Shown: positions 1 to 9,791 of the stretch, in pieces
Layout of the letters: the number at the start of each line of letters is the position of its first letter
How positions within the stretch are numbered: the stretch's first letter is position 1
Assembly (NCBI GenBank): GCA_004764695.1
Contig: SMSO01000032.1
Coordinates: forward strand, 8,836,483 to 8,900,482
DNA length: 64,000 bases
Reading direction: 5' to 3'
Source: Schizochytrium sp. TIO01
Taxonomy: Eukaryota; Protista; Bigyra: Labyrinthulomycetes
Notes under the pieces: model-generated
What the model was told of the DNA's origin: nothing
Database searches by the model: none
Seen by the model: the letters and a program-made list of their open reading frames with translations, nothing else
Made by a program: the position numbers and the translations under genes

Positions 1-1225
1 TGAACTTCAGGAAGAAAACGATCGTCTTCGCAATGAGCGAGCAGGATTCTTAAAAACTATAGACGACCTTCAGCGGAAAGTGAATGAATTTCGCAGTGCT
101 GGCCAAGTTAACGTGCAAATGGAGAATGATTTATTGCGCGCCCAACTTCGCGAGCACAAAGAATTTCTCCGTGGGTGCTTTCAGCTTCAACATGGTCTGC
201 CATCCTCTGATGTCGCCTTTAAACACTTGTACACACAAGGTCAAAGTTTCGCCCAGACTCATGTACACAGTATACTCTCGCAATCTGCGCAGGAGTCATG
301 GGTCCCAACCAAATTCCCATCGTCTTATTTCGAAACCCTGACTCCAGGTTATAATGTAACAGCATGTCATCGTAAGATTGATACCCCAAACAACAAATGT
401 ATGATGCTTCGGATCGACTTTGCCTTCAAGGACCTTTCTGCCGATATCGTAGCTGAAGCATACTGGCGTATGTGGAGCGACGCAGAAATGGTTCAGGATG
501 GATTCAAATTAGATTTCCCTGTGGAGATCATGCCTCTTAATGTTCCTGGCCAGTCTTCAGACAATTTTGGTGCCTGGTGTTATAGTGAAAAGGTCGAACC
601 ACCAAAGGTGCCGTCCGACTGGGTTTTTGTGACTTCGCGTTCGCGCGAGGACATTGTCAAGTCAACACTCAATATTTCAACAGAACTTTCCCCTGGCCTC
701 GCACAGGGTATTTCTAAGGAGGAGGCTGTCCAGGCGTGGGATTGTCTTACAAAAGGAGATAGTGACGGAAATGAATTTTCATGTAGTCAACGCAGACGCC
801 AAAGGCGCAAAGATGCCACATTAGGCACCTTCGGTAAAACAACTGGCTGGGTTCTTGCACGCTGCACAACAGAGCATTCCCCTGTCAACCATCGTCCAAG
901 TGCTCGTCGCATAAACTCCTTGCTAGTTGAAGGTGGCGTCATTTGGACTCAAGGGATTGTCCGCGAGGATCAAGATTTAGAGGCAAATTTTGAAGATATC
1001 AATTCTAGCGAGCATCTTGTGGAACGCGAATCATGCACTCGTGTAGCACTTGTGGCCAACGTTCCTCTAAATTTCTCTATGAACATTCTAAACTCGCATA
1101 CGGATCTTTTGGAAGCCGATGGAACTATGACAGAGCGTTTTGCTAGACTTTTGGAAAAATTCTACTATTTCTCACGTCAAGTTTGTGAAGAGATCGAAGA
1201 TGATCTTCAGGCTGAAAATTTCTAA
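1..1225 (+). CDS. 5'-truncated protein: leucine-zipper/coiled coil (bZIP-like) followed by a possible START/helix-grip-like domain
   Basis: The frame is open from base 2 (ELQEENDRLRNERAGFLKTIDDLQRKVNEF, L/L/F/L/F heptad) into the 381-aa ORF, so the start lies upstream of the window. The C-terminal part has alternating helix/strand segments (SADIVAEAYWRMW, DWVFVTSRS, WVLARCTT, TRVALVANVP). The fold call is an inference. Confidence 0.6.
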   Translation, partial: ELQEENDRLRNERAGFLKTIDDLQRKVNEFRSAGQVNVQMENDLLRAQLREHKEFLRGCFQLQHGLPSSDVAFKHLYTQGQSFAQTHVHSILSQSAQESWVPTKFPSSYFETLTPGYNVTACHRKIDTPNNKCMMLRIDFAFKDLSADIVAEAYWRMWSDAEMVQDGFKLDFPVEIMPLNVPGQSSDNFGAWCYSEKVEPPKVPSDWVFVTSRSREDIVKSTLNISTELSPGLAQGISKEEAVQAWDCLTKGDSDGNEFSCSQRRRQRRKDATLGTFGKTTGWVLARCTTEHSPVNHRPSARRINSLLVEGGVIWTQGIVREDQDLEANFEDINSSEHLVERESCTRVALVANVPLNFSMNILNSHTDLLEADGTMTERFARLLEKFYYFSRQVCEEIEDDLQAENF

Positions 1226-1536
1226 GCATGGAAATCTCCCATTCCTGTGGCTTCTCAATACACATTTATTATTGTTACTTTATAGAAGAACCAGACATTA
1301 TATTTAATTCTAAAATATTTCCACGTGGATGAAGAAACTTCCAAGGTTATTTACAGAGGTTTTCTTTGCTACAACTTTCCCGTTTTCAGCTTACCCGAGC
1401 TCCCATTGTTAAAAAGGTAATCCTAAACAACCAATACCAAAAAGGTGTAGGAAAACATGATCATGCTTGCGAATTCAAAAGTTCTGCTGTGCTCTCTGTG
1501 ACTCGAGACGGATCTACAGAAGTTTCAACGTCTGGT

Positions 1537-2937
1537 TTAGAAGGGTCCAAGGGCTCTGACTTCGATAAATAGGATGTGGGAACAATGCGCTGCAGGACCC
1601 TTCGACGAATAAAATTTTGAATTGGACTTCGCCCTAGCTTTCGAAAATGTCTCTTTGTAATGGTTAATCAATTGAACAAAAAATGATGGATGATATATAA
1701 CCATTAGCAGATGTGAGCAAGTCACAAATATGTTAGTTAGCGCTGCCGTCATCGTTGCTATCTGCATATCGCAGCATCCCGTGTTGCTATCCTGATTACA
1801 AAACGTAGAACTTACTTTCCATGACATGGGCAAGAATGCAAAAATCATTGCATCTCGCAAGGTTTGATTGCAGAAACCATAAACGATCGGGGAACACAAG
1901 CTACTGAAGGCAGCAGAAAGTCCTAGACACATTTCTGCAACTTCTTGACCTGGTGCCTTTTCACCCCTGATAAGAGACACCACAACAAAAACAAAATATA
2001 TATACAAGGGCGTCCAAAGCGCAAAAATAGAACCACACATGATAATCATAAGCCGCGTTGCCCGGTTGCGCTGACTTACCCTACGAAGATTTTCGTTGTT
2101 TTGTTGTTTGGATTGTGAAGAATAGCGTTTGAAAAAGGTGCGCACCCCGCGCCCTCTTTCTGTTCTTCGTGAGCTCGGTGCAGATACATCATTACTTTTG
2201 CCTCTTTGTGCGGCAGCCATCGTACGATGCATCACCTTATATACACTGTAATATGTGGATACGATATAAAGAATAGGAAGAAGAACAAAAGTACCAGTTG
2301 GAATGAGTACTGCCCAATTATAGATTGGATTGCAGAAAGCACCAGAGGCTAGAAGACGAGCTTTTGTCATAAAAGAGTAATAGGTTCCCAAGAAAAGCGT
2401 TGCTCCCCAAACACCCAAGATATACCCGTTACGCAGATTGCGGACGCTAACATTTCGATTTTTGACGACTTTGCGATACCTTGCATGCGCAATCCAGCTT
2501 AGCGAAAACACAGTGCAATGGCATGTTGTAACAATTGCAAATCCGAAAAAGTTACATCCAGTCTCCTCTCCAAGGAAAATCCAATCTGAGAGGATTGTCC
2601 CGCCATAGAAAATAAGAATTAACGCACCAACCATTAAATCAGTAAGAGCTTGGCCTACTATTTGAAGCAAGAATATCTGTTTTCGAAGTCGGGCGTCACG
2701 CAGCACTCCAACCATGATGCTTAGATTTGAGAACATGATTAGAAACCCTAGTAGGGCCATAATTGGATAAAACTTGCGCATTGCACTAAGTGAATAGATA
2801 TCCCAATTAATGTATTCGCTAGGTATATCTTCAGAACATTGAAATATTTCCGATGCATGAATCTGTGAAGCTTCCACATCACTAGTATTGAAGATAAATC
2901 CACATACAGTAAATGTTGTTCCTGATGTGATATCCAT
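1537..2937 (-). CDS. Rhodopsin-like (class A-type) 7TM G-protein-coupled receptor
   Basis: Seven hydrophobic segments; TM1 Asn (SNLSI), TM2 ALTDL, TM3 GCNFFGF...FSLSWIAHARY (DRY-like), ECL2 Cys (GAFCNP), TM6 LWTPL, TM7 SPIVY (NPxxY variant) and helix 8 NQTLRDAM. Confidence 0.85.
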   Translation of the reverse strand: MDITSGTTFTVCGFIFNTSDVEASQIHASEIFQCSEDIPSEYINWDIYSLSAMRKFYPIMALLGFLIMFSNLSIMVGVLRDARLRKQIFLLQIVGQALTDLMVGALILIFYGGTILSDWIFLGEETGCNFFGFAIVTTCHCTVFSLSWIAHARYRKVVKNRNVSVRNLRNGYILGVWGATLFLGTYYSFMTKARLLASGAFCNPIYNWAVLIPTGTFVLLPILYIVSTYYSVYKVMHRTMAAAQRGKSNDVSAPSSRRTERGRGVRTFFKRYSSQSKQQNNENLRRVSQRNRATRLMIIMCGSIFALWTPLYIYFVFVVVSLIRGEKAPGQEVAEMCLGLSAAFSSLCSPIVYGFCNQTLRDAMIFAFLPMSWKVSSTFCNQDSNTGCCDMQIATMTAALTNIFVTCSHLLMVIYHPSFFVQLINHYKETFSKARAKSNSKFYSSKGPAAHCSHILFIEVRALGPF

Positions 2938-4414
2938 AGTCTATATTCTATTCAGATAATTGATCTGTCCTCCTTTGACAATTATCTGGACTCAAGAGCA
3001 AGCAGATGCAGCTTGCGCGAGGAAATCCAGTTTCGATCCATTCAAGGTTTGGATGCACTGTCCATCCGTGGGGATCCTGGATCTTAGGTTAAGAATCAAT
3101 GTAGAATCCTTTCATTTAAATTCCGCTATCCGTTTGCTGTCCGAGTTGCTCTCTGGAATGATTGCAGCAACATACTCTAATGATAAGTTTCCAGGATCAG
3201 TCTTGGCGTCTCTCAAAAGCAGGTTTCCCGCAATGCACATTGGAGAAAGAAAAATTCAACTAGTCTGGCTAAGTCGTTATGTTGATCCTTTACTTCATTT
3301 CCAAAAGCCCTGCTACGAGATCTTCCGTAGATGAGAATCAACTGTATAGGGACTATGTGCTTCTTTTAGGGAGAATGAAACTTGTTGTGTGCTCTCTCCT
3401 TCTTTCCTTCCATGTCTTGATGTTTCTCTTCCCTTTAATACACCGCGGGATTCTCAAATTCAAAGAGCATGTGTCGATCTCCATGCAAAGGTCCAAGCCT
3501 CCTACTTTGTCCTGATGCTCTATCACGATCTCGGCACGCTACCTACCGAGCTACCTCCTACTACCTGGTCAACGTCACTGATCAGTGTCTTCTGATGGAC
3601 GCCACAGTAATGATAATAACAAGACACATAGGATCTGTCCCGGTCTCATAAAATTTCTTTCTTTCCCCCCCTAACGCTTATCTTGTTTTCTATTTCCATT
3701 GGACAGTTTGTTATAAAGCAATAATTAGATCTAGCAATATCATTGGCGTCAATCAGCCCCTTTGGAAACCCCTCCACGCCGCTCTGTGCTGTTTTACGCA
3801 CATATACGAAGAAAGTTCGAGTATTGGCCAAAAGGGAGAATATTGAAGAGGATAGAACGGTAATCTGAGTTGGATGGACGCGCTTGATTTTCTTGTACGT
3901 AGGAGTAAGGTGGTTCCTACGCAAAATATGAGACTTCCGTTATCATGTGAGGAGATTTGGTTGTTGTTGTTGTTGTTATTGTAAATAGGCGTTGATTTGT
4001 TCTTGTCCGCAAGATAATGGAATGCAGTTTTGGAAACTCTGCAAGGAAAGGTATCATCGATGTTTTCAAGTGTCCTGAGTGTAAAGTCCATTTGGGCTGG
4101 AAGCATCTTGGATAGCAGTGTCCCATCACAGTATCCAATCTAAGCTCTGCTCCACTCTACCTATTGATATTATCATAACATCTTGTTCATTTCTTTCAAG
4201 TCACATTCAGCCCTTGAGACTTCGTGAGTGCACATTTTCCTAGATAAGAGCAAAAGTAGTTCGAGATCTATCTTCACATGATGGATCCCAAAGGGGGAAG
4301 CCTAATATGTAATCAACAAAACGTGACAATTTGAAGACACCAGAACCACAACGTTGTGTATCCCTCCAGTAACAGCGTACGAGAAGGAATAGACTTGATT
4401 TGAATATTTATGCA

Positions 4415-6226
4415 ATGAGCGAGGAACAAATTACTCCAAGCTTATCTCTTGCGCAGCAAGTGTGTGCGCAAGGCGGTGATCCAACTGGTTTACTTTTAAA
4501 GAATCTCAGTAGCCCACTTCGGGCTTCTTGGTTTTGCGATTGTGGAAATGACATATCGAATGTGGTCATGGATTGGTATGTGTCTTATGAATCAAGTACG
4601 GAAGCATACTATGTCATTCTAGGACTTCTTGGGCTTTTTGTATGCCTTTTGAACCTTTCCATTATTATCGGAATTGTTCGCGATAAGAAGATCCAACAAC
4701 TTCATAATCTTCTTGTGGCCGGCCAAGCGCTGAGCGATCTCGTTGTAGGCATACTTGTGGTTATCTTTAACTTTGGCACGCTCCTAAATGATAGTGTTCT
4801 GATTGGAAAAGGAACAGGATGTGCTATCTACGGCTTTGGCATTGTTGGAACATGCCAGACTACTGTGTTTTCTCTCGCCTTGATCGCGTTTTCACGGAAA
4901 ATTCGCATTCTCGACAATGGAATTATTTCCACCCGTCGCATGATGGCCCTATATTTTTTAGGGGTTTGGGGTGGGTCTGCAGTCTTACTTTGCGTCTACA
5001 CTGCAATAACAAAAGGGCGAATGTCATGCTCAGCTGCGTTTTGTAATCCAGTCTGGAACGAAAGCCTCATCATTATGATTGCAATTGCACTTGGGTTTCC
5101 TATTCTGTTCACAATATCCGTGTACTATCGTATTCACAAGCGCCTGCAATCCACCATGAGAGCGGTAGCATCAACGTTGCACGATCGTACAGGTCAAGAT
5201 ATTTATGCCCGCAACAGAATGACTCGTTTAATGATCCTCATGAGTGGCAGTATCCTGATCATGTGGACTCCGTTGTATATGTTCCTTCTATTAAGCGTAT
5301 ATAAACTTGCGGTGGGAGAAAGACCTGCGGGTATGCAGGCCATGGAACGTCTACTTGGCATATCTGCAGTTGCAAGTAGTCTCACAAGTCCCATCATTTA
5401 TGCGTTTAAGAACAAGACGCTCAAGCTTGCCATGCAGTATAGCATCTGCCCCATGTCATGGAAGCAGGACGCAGCAGAACGATCGAACCTGCGCACGTTA
5501 GAAAAGCAACAACGTCGAAATGTTTTGCACAGTAATATGCATTCTTCAGAAGGCACATCAGATATGGGGCACACGGAAGGTTTTTTTCAAGCCATAGCTG
5601 ATAAATTTCAGTGGTTTAATTGCTGTTCTAAACGATGGTGGTTCGATCTGCTTGGAAAGAGAGCTGCCGTAGCTTCAGATTCTCTCAATTCAGGAATCGA
5701 TATTCCCGGTCTTCCAAGCTCAAGAAGCGAAACATCTACAAAGGCTAGGGGACCCATCGCAAAAGATGATGACCCGAAGGAATTCCTTACCCATCAGAAA
5801 GATCGAGACCATGCAAGTACATTTTGGGAAGAAGGTCACTTCGCCCCTCGCCATAAACAACTCCAAAACTTACGCCGGCGTATGTCTGACAGCTCATCGG
5901 AAGAGAGCGATATGGAAAATCAAGCTTCTGATGATCTCGAGAAGAACGCAATGATGACTGCTCTAGGGAAGAGAGTATGTGAAACAGGCTTTTGCAAGCA
6001 TGAAAATGGAGACCAATTCAACCAAAAGCGGCTAAGTAAGACTGGGTTTAGTGAGCATTCTGTTAATTCTGACAGAGATTTGGAGCAAAACGTTTTGCAT
6101 CAATCAGAGAAAGGAGAAAGTATGCTTACCTTACAAGAGCTCGATAGAAATAGTGTAAGTAGCCAGGGCAGCGGTGGGAGCAGCCGCAGCAATAAGAAAC
6201 TATCCAAGAGGATGCAGCTTTCGTAG
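4415..6226 (+). CDS. Rhodopsin-like (class A-type) 7TM GPCR, paralogue of the 1537-2937 gene, with a long disordered C-tail
   Basis: First ATG at 4415 (the track starts at a TTG). Motifs LNLSI, GQALSDL, GCAIYGF...TVFSLALIAFSRK, AFCNP, MWTPLY and SPIIYAFKNKTLK, which align closely with the neighbouring receptor. Confidence 0.85.
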   Translation: MSEEQITPSLSLAQQVCAQGGDPTGLLLKNLSSPLRASWFCDCGNDISNVVMDWYVSYESSTEAYYVILGLLGLFVCLLNLSIIIGIVRDKKIQQLHNLLVAGQALSDLVVGILVVIFNFGTLLNDSVLIGKGTGCAIYGFGIVGTCQTTVFSLALIAFSRKIRILDNGIISTRRMMALYFLGVWGGSAVLLCVYTAITKGRMSCSAAFCNPVWNESLIIMIAIALGFPILFTISVYYRIHKRLQSTMRAVASTLHDRTGQDIYARNRMTRLMILMSGSILIMWTPLYMFLLLSVYKLAVGERPAGMQAMERLLGISAVASSLTSPIIYAFKNKTLKLAMQYSICPMSWKQDAAERSNLRTLEKQQRRNVLHSNMHSSEGTSDMGHTEGFFQAIADKFQWFNCCSKRWWFDLLGKRAAVASDSLNSGIDIPGLPSSRSETSTKARGPIAKDDDPKEFLTHQKDRDHASTFWEEGHFAPRHKQLQNLRRRMSDSSSEESDMENQASDDLEKNAMMTALGKRVCETGFCKHENGDQFNQKRLSKTGFSEHSVNSDRDLEQNVLHQSEKGESMLTLQELDRNSVSSQGSGGSSRSNKKLSKRMQLS

Positions 6227-6568
6227 TGAAATTCGGGTAGGTCTCCGTCATCATGGATAAGAGATAGTACAAAGCTGGAATGAAGTAATCAAGATATCCC
6301 CAATGGAAAAGGGTTTAATCGTAGTATACCAATGATAGATAAGTTTCTACCGGCATTTTAAAGTAATTCTACAGATTATGAAATAATTTTCTTTATACCT
6401 TTCAGCTCTGTTTCCTCGCGTCAGTGGTTATCAATTAAACTTGCAAATTAGGAACTCTAGAAAAGAAAGTTGTCGGGCGTCTGGAATCAAGATGCCTAGA
6501 GATCTAGTATCACTCAATGTGACCAGCTTCAGATGTAGGAAAGGAACACAGTGCAAAAGAGACTCAAT

Positions 6569-8383
6569 TTAATCCGACTTCTTGGACACAGGGGCGCGCT
6601 CCGGCATGGCGATACCCTTAAGAAGGTTCACCAAGGAAACGCCACTCTCGATCCAGCTCGGGTTGTAGGCCATGCCAACAAGGCTAGCAGCAGTCTTGTG
6701 AGCGTCGAGGGCAGTGGGGTACACAAAAGGCTCTGGGAGAGTAGTCTGAACACCAGGGATACGGTCAGCAGTGCACGATTTGACGTTACACAAAGCGCGG
6801 AGACCCTCGGGGCCAGCGAACTTGCCAAAGCCACTAGCCTTGCATCCGCCGAAGGGAAGCTGCTGGCAAAGGTAGTTGGTACCAAAGTCGTTCTCGTTGA
6901 GCATGCCAGCATCGATGCGCTTGCCAATGCGAGCAGCACGCTTCTTGTCACCAGAGAATACCGAGGATGCAAGGGCGTAGTTACAGTTGTTCACTTGCTC
7001 AATGAGTTCGTCCTCGTTACTCCAGACGCGGATTGCCATGACAGGGCCAAATACTTCCTCTTGAGCAATGAGCATGTCCGGAGTGATGTTGGTAATGATG
7101 GTCGGCTCATAGAACTGTCCCGGGGCAAGAGCGGCGTTACGTTTGCCACCGCAAAGGATTTTGGCACCCTTCTTCTTGGCATCGTCCACAAGACGCTGGA
7201 TGTGGTCAATGGCAGTGGGGAGGGTCATAGCACCAATGTCAGCATGAGTCTCAAGAGGCACGGCCTGCTTCATCTGAGATACGCTCTTGGTCACCATCTC
7301 AATGAACTTGTCAGCAATCTTTTCGTGAACGAAAAGACGTTCAATACCAATGCAGTTGGCAGAGGCGTTCTGAAAGACACCACGCATAGCAGTGGGAACC
7401 ACTGTGTTGAGGTTGACGTCTTCGCAAATAACAAAAGGGTCTTTTCCTCCAAGCTCGAGAACTACAGGTGTGAGACGCTTCGAGGCACCCTGCATAATGA
7501 AGCGGCCGACCTTGTCAGAACCAGTGAAGACCATCTTGTCAATGTTGGACTCAGTGAGAGCAGCGCCGGCTTCAGCAGTACCAGTGACGACCTGGACAAG
7601 GTCAGTGGGCATGCCCATTGACTCGAGTGCAACGTGGACGGGGCGGACGAGGAAATCGGCAGACCAAGATGCAAATTCACTGACCTTGCAGACCACAGCG
7701 TTACCAGCGAACAGACCAGAAATGATGTGGTTAAGAAGGTTGTGACCAACATAGTTGAATGGGGCGATGACACCGATAACACCAAGAGGATGGTACTCAA
7801 CACGCGCGGACTTGTGCATAGTCAAGGGGCCCTGACCACCGCGGTACTCCGTCTGGAGAACCTTTTCACCCTCGGCAATCATCCAGCGGAGCTTCTCACA
7901 CGTCGGGGTGACCTCGCCAAGAACAGCGCAGAGGCGAGTCTTGCCAGTATCACGGCAGGACACACGAACGATATCGTCAATGTGGTGAACGTAGTAGTCG
8001 AGCAGGGCACGAAGGAACGCGCGGCGCTGGCCAAATGTGGTCTTGGCCCACTGGCGCTGGGCAACACGAGCGCTATCGACAATCTCAAAAACACGCTCGC
8101 GAGTCATCATCTCGACCTCACCAAGGTGCTGCATTGTCGCAGGATCATAGCACTGGAGCTTGCCAGGGCGGTCCTTGAGCTCAAGCTCCATCTTCTCCTT
8201 GACGGGAGCATCAATTTTGTCCTTGGCTTCATACTCTGTGAGCTCAAATTCGATCTTGGGCAAAACAGGGTCGGCAGGGACCAAGATCTTCTTAATCAAG
8301 AAGAGCACCACGGCGGCAGCCGCAATAATGCTCGCAATGGTCTGAGCATCGAGCTCCTTTGCCATCTCCCACACACAGGTCAT
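6569..8383 (-). CDS. Aldehyde dehydrogenase with N-terminal membrane anchor (ALDH22/Msc7-like)
   Basis: PFNY, FTGS, catalytic Glu in LELGGKDP, catalytic Cys in NASANCIG, EEVFGPV and LPFGG. N-terminal hydrophobic helix IASIIAAAAVVLFLI followed by LQCYDPATMQHLG. Start ATG is 8383 or 8365. Confidence 0.92.
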   Translation of the reverse strand: MTCVWEMAKELDAQTIASIIAAAAVVLFLIKKILVPADPVLPKIEFELTEYEAKDKIDAPVKEKMELELKDRPGKLQCYDPATMQHLGEVEMMTRERVFEIVDSARVAQRQWAKTTFGQRRAFLRALLDYYVHHIDDIVRVSCRDTGKTRLCAVLGEVTPTCEKLRWMIAEGEKVLQTEYRGGQGPLTMHKSARVEYHPLGVIGVIAPFNYVGHNLLNHIISGLFAGNAVVCKVSEFASWSADFLVRPVHVALESMGMPTDLVQVVTGTAEAGAALTESNIDKMVFTGSDKVGRFIMQGASKRLTPVVLELGGKDPFVICEDVNLNTVVPTAMRGVFQNASANCIGIERLFVHEKIADKFIEMVTKSVSQMKQAVPLETHADIGAMTLPTAIDHIQRLVDDAKKKGAKILCGGKRNAALAPGQFYEPTIITNITPDMLIAQEEVFGPVMAIRVWSNEDELIEQVNNCNYALASSVFSGDKKRAARIGKRIDAGMLNENDFGTNYLCQQLPFGGCKASGFGKFAGPEGLRALCNVKSCTADRIPGVQTTLPEPFVYPTALDAHKTAASLVGMAYNPSWIESGVSLVNLLKGIAMPERAPVSKKSD

Positions 8384-9791
8384 TTTGCCAGGAGGAAAAG
8401 ATTTCCGCAGAAGTCGCAAGAAACGTTGCTTGTACTAAGCAAAAGCAAGCCACTCACACGAAGACAAGACGCAGTTCCACGCGCAGCCACGAGCCGAGCG
8501 AGCACTACTTTTGAGACTGCTGACCTTTTTAGCTAAACCAATTTCATCTTCTAACATCAGTAAGTTTAGTCACAAACAGTATTAATGACATAGTAGGTAG
8601 ATATAGTAGATTACTTTCCTTGGAGAAGCAACCTACCTAGCTACTCTCATAGCGGGACGCCGAAATCGGGCGTAAACTTACGCAGGCTAGCCCGACGCCC
8701 TTGTGACAATGCTTTTGCTTATTTCGCCATAGAGGAGGTGCTCTATCAAAATCATTCCAAGCTCTCATTCTCATTCCTCATCTTTTGGGGCTTCGTTGCG
8801 CAATCCACAGGCATTACATCCCTCACCCTTGTGCACATCAGATTTGCGCCACCCTAAATTTATATGGAATAAACTATAGCAGTACACGGGTCTTGTAGAT
8901 TGCCTGCCTGGCACAGCAGATATCACTGCGAGCTCGGTCGAGCTTCTCGCCGTCTGTAAAGCTGTTGTTCCGCATGCGAGGACAAAGGTGGGCCATTGAC
9001 AAGGCACATGTTGCGAAATATGCCTCAGCAGCGTGGGGCAGCGCAAGTCTAGCGAGAAGGGGTATGTATTTGTAGTTTTAAGATGGTAGTAGTGCAGTTA
9101 ATACTCGGTGTGCGCAACGATTGCGCAGACGGATTGATCGCGTCATTCAACGTGGGGTCCTCAAGGGGTGCGCAAGTACACATGGTCATAGATGACGCTG
9201 AGTGCCAACGTGGCACATTAAGTCTTTACAAAGCTATTTACCATTGTGCTCATGCTAGTGGAAGACCTACATTAACATCGAATATAGCAGTAGGATCAAG
9301 CACATAAACTTATGAGGCGTCTGAGCTGCTTATGATTTTTTCTTAGACTGATTTCAAGAGCAGTCTATTTTGCTGGGATTTTTGCAAGTTTATTTTAGTG
9401 AAGAAAGGAAGTAATAAATTAGAAATTAAGTTTACTCTCGATATTAAGAAGCAAAACCTCTGTTTGGGTTAAAAGCAAACATACTACCGAAACATAATAC
9501 GAATAGACCTTTGAGAAGACTCTGACGCCAGACAGAAACTCTCTTTCGGTAGAATTATGCATTACAGCAGAAACGTGGTTTTATCGTCAGGTCAGTTTCC
9601 TCCTGAACTTCAAATCCATGGTAGCTAGACACAGGCTTAAGCACACGAGCATAGGAAGAACTCGAAATAATGGAGTATAATAGACATAGATCAAAAATTA
9701 GAGGAAAGTCTAGGAAGCGAACTGTTAAGAAAGAATATTCACTTTTTGATTTTATTTACCTTAGTTGAGCAAAAATATAATAACGTAGAAA

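Noticed and set aside
1537-6226. Calling the two GPCRs opsins
   Set aside because: The TM7 Schiff-base lysine position holds Ala or Val, so covalent retinal binding is not supported.
6551-8536. Long + strand ORFs (356 aa and 300 aa) opposite the ALDH
   Set aside because: Antisense shadows of a strongly codon-biased gene, with no motifs of their own.
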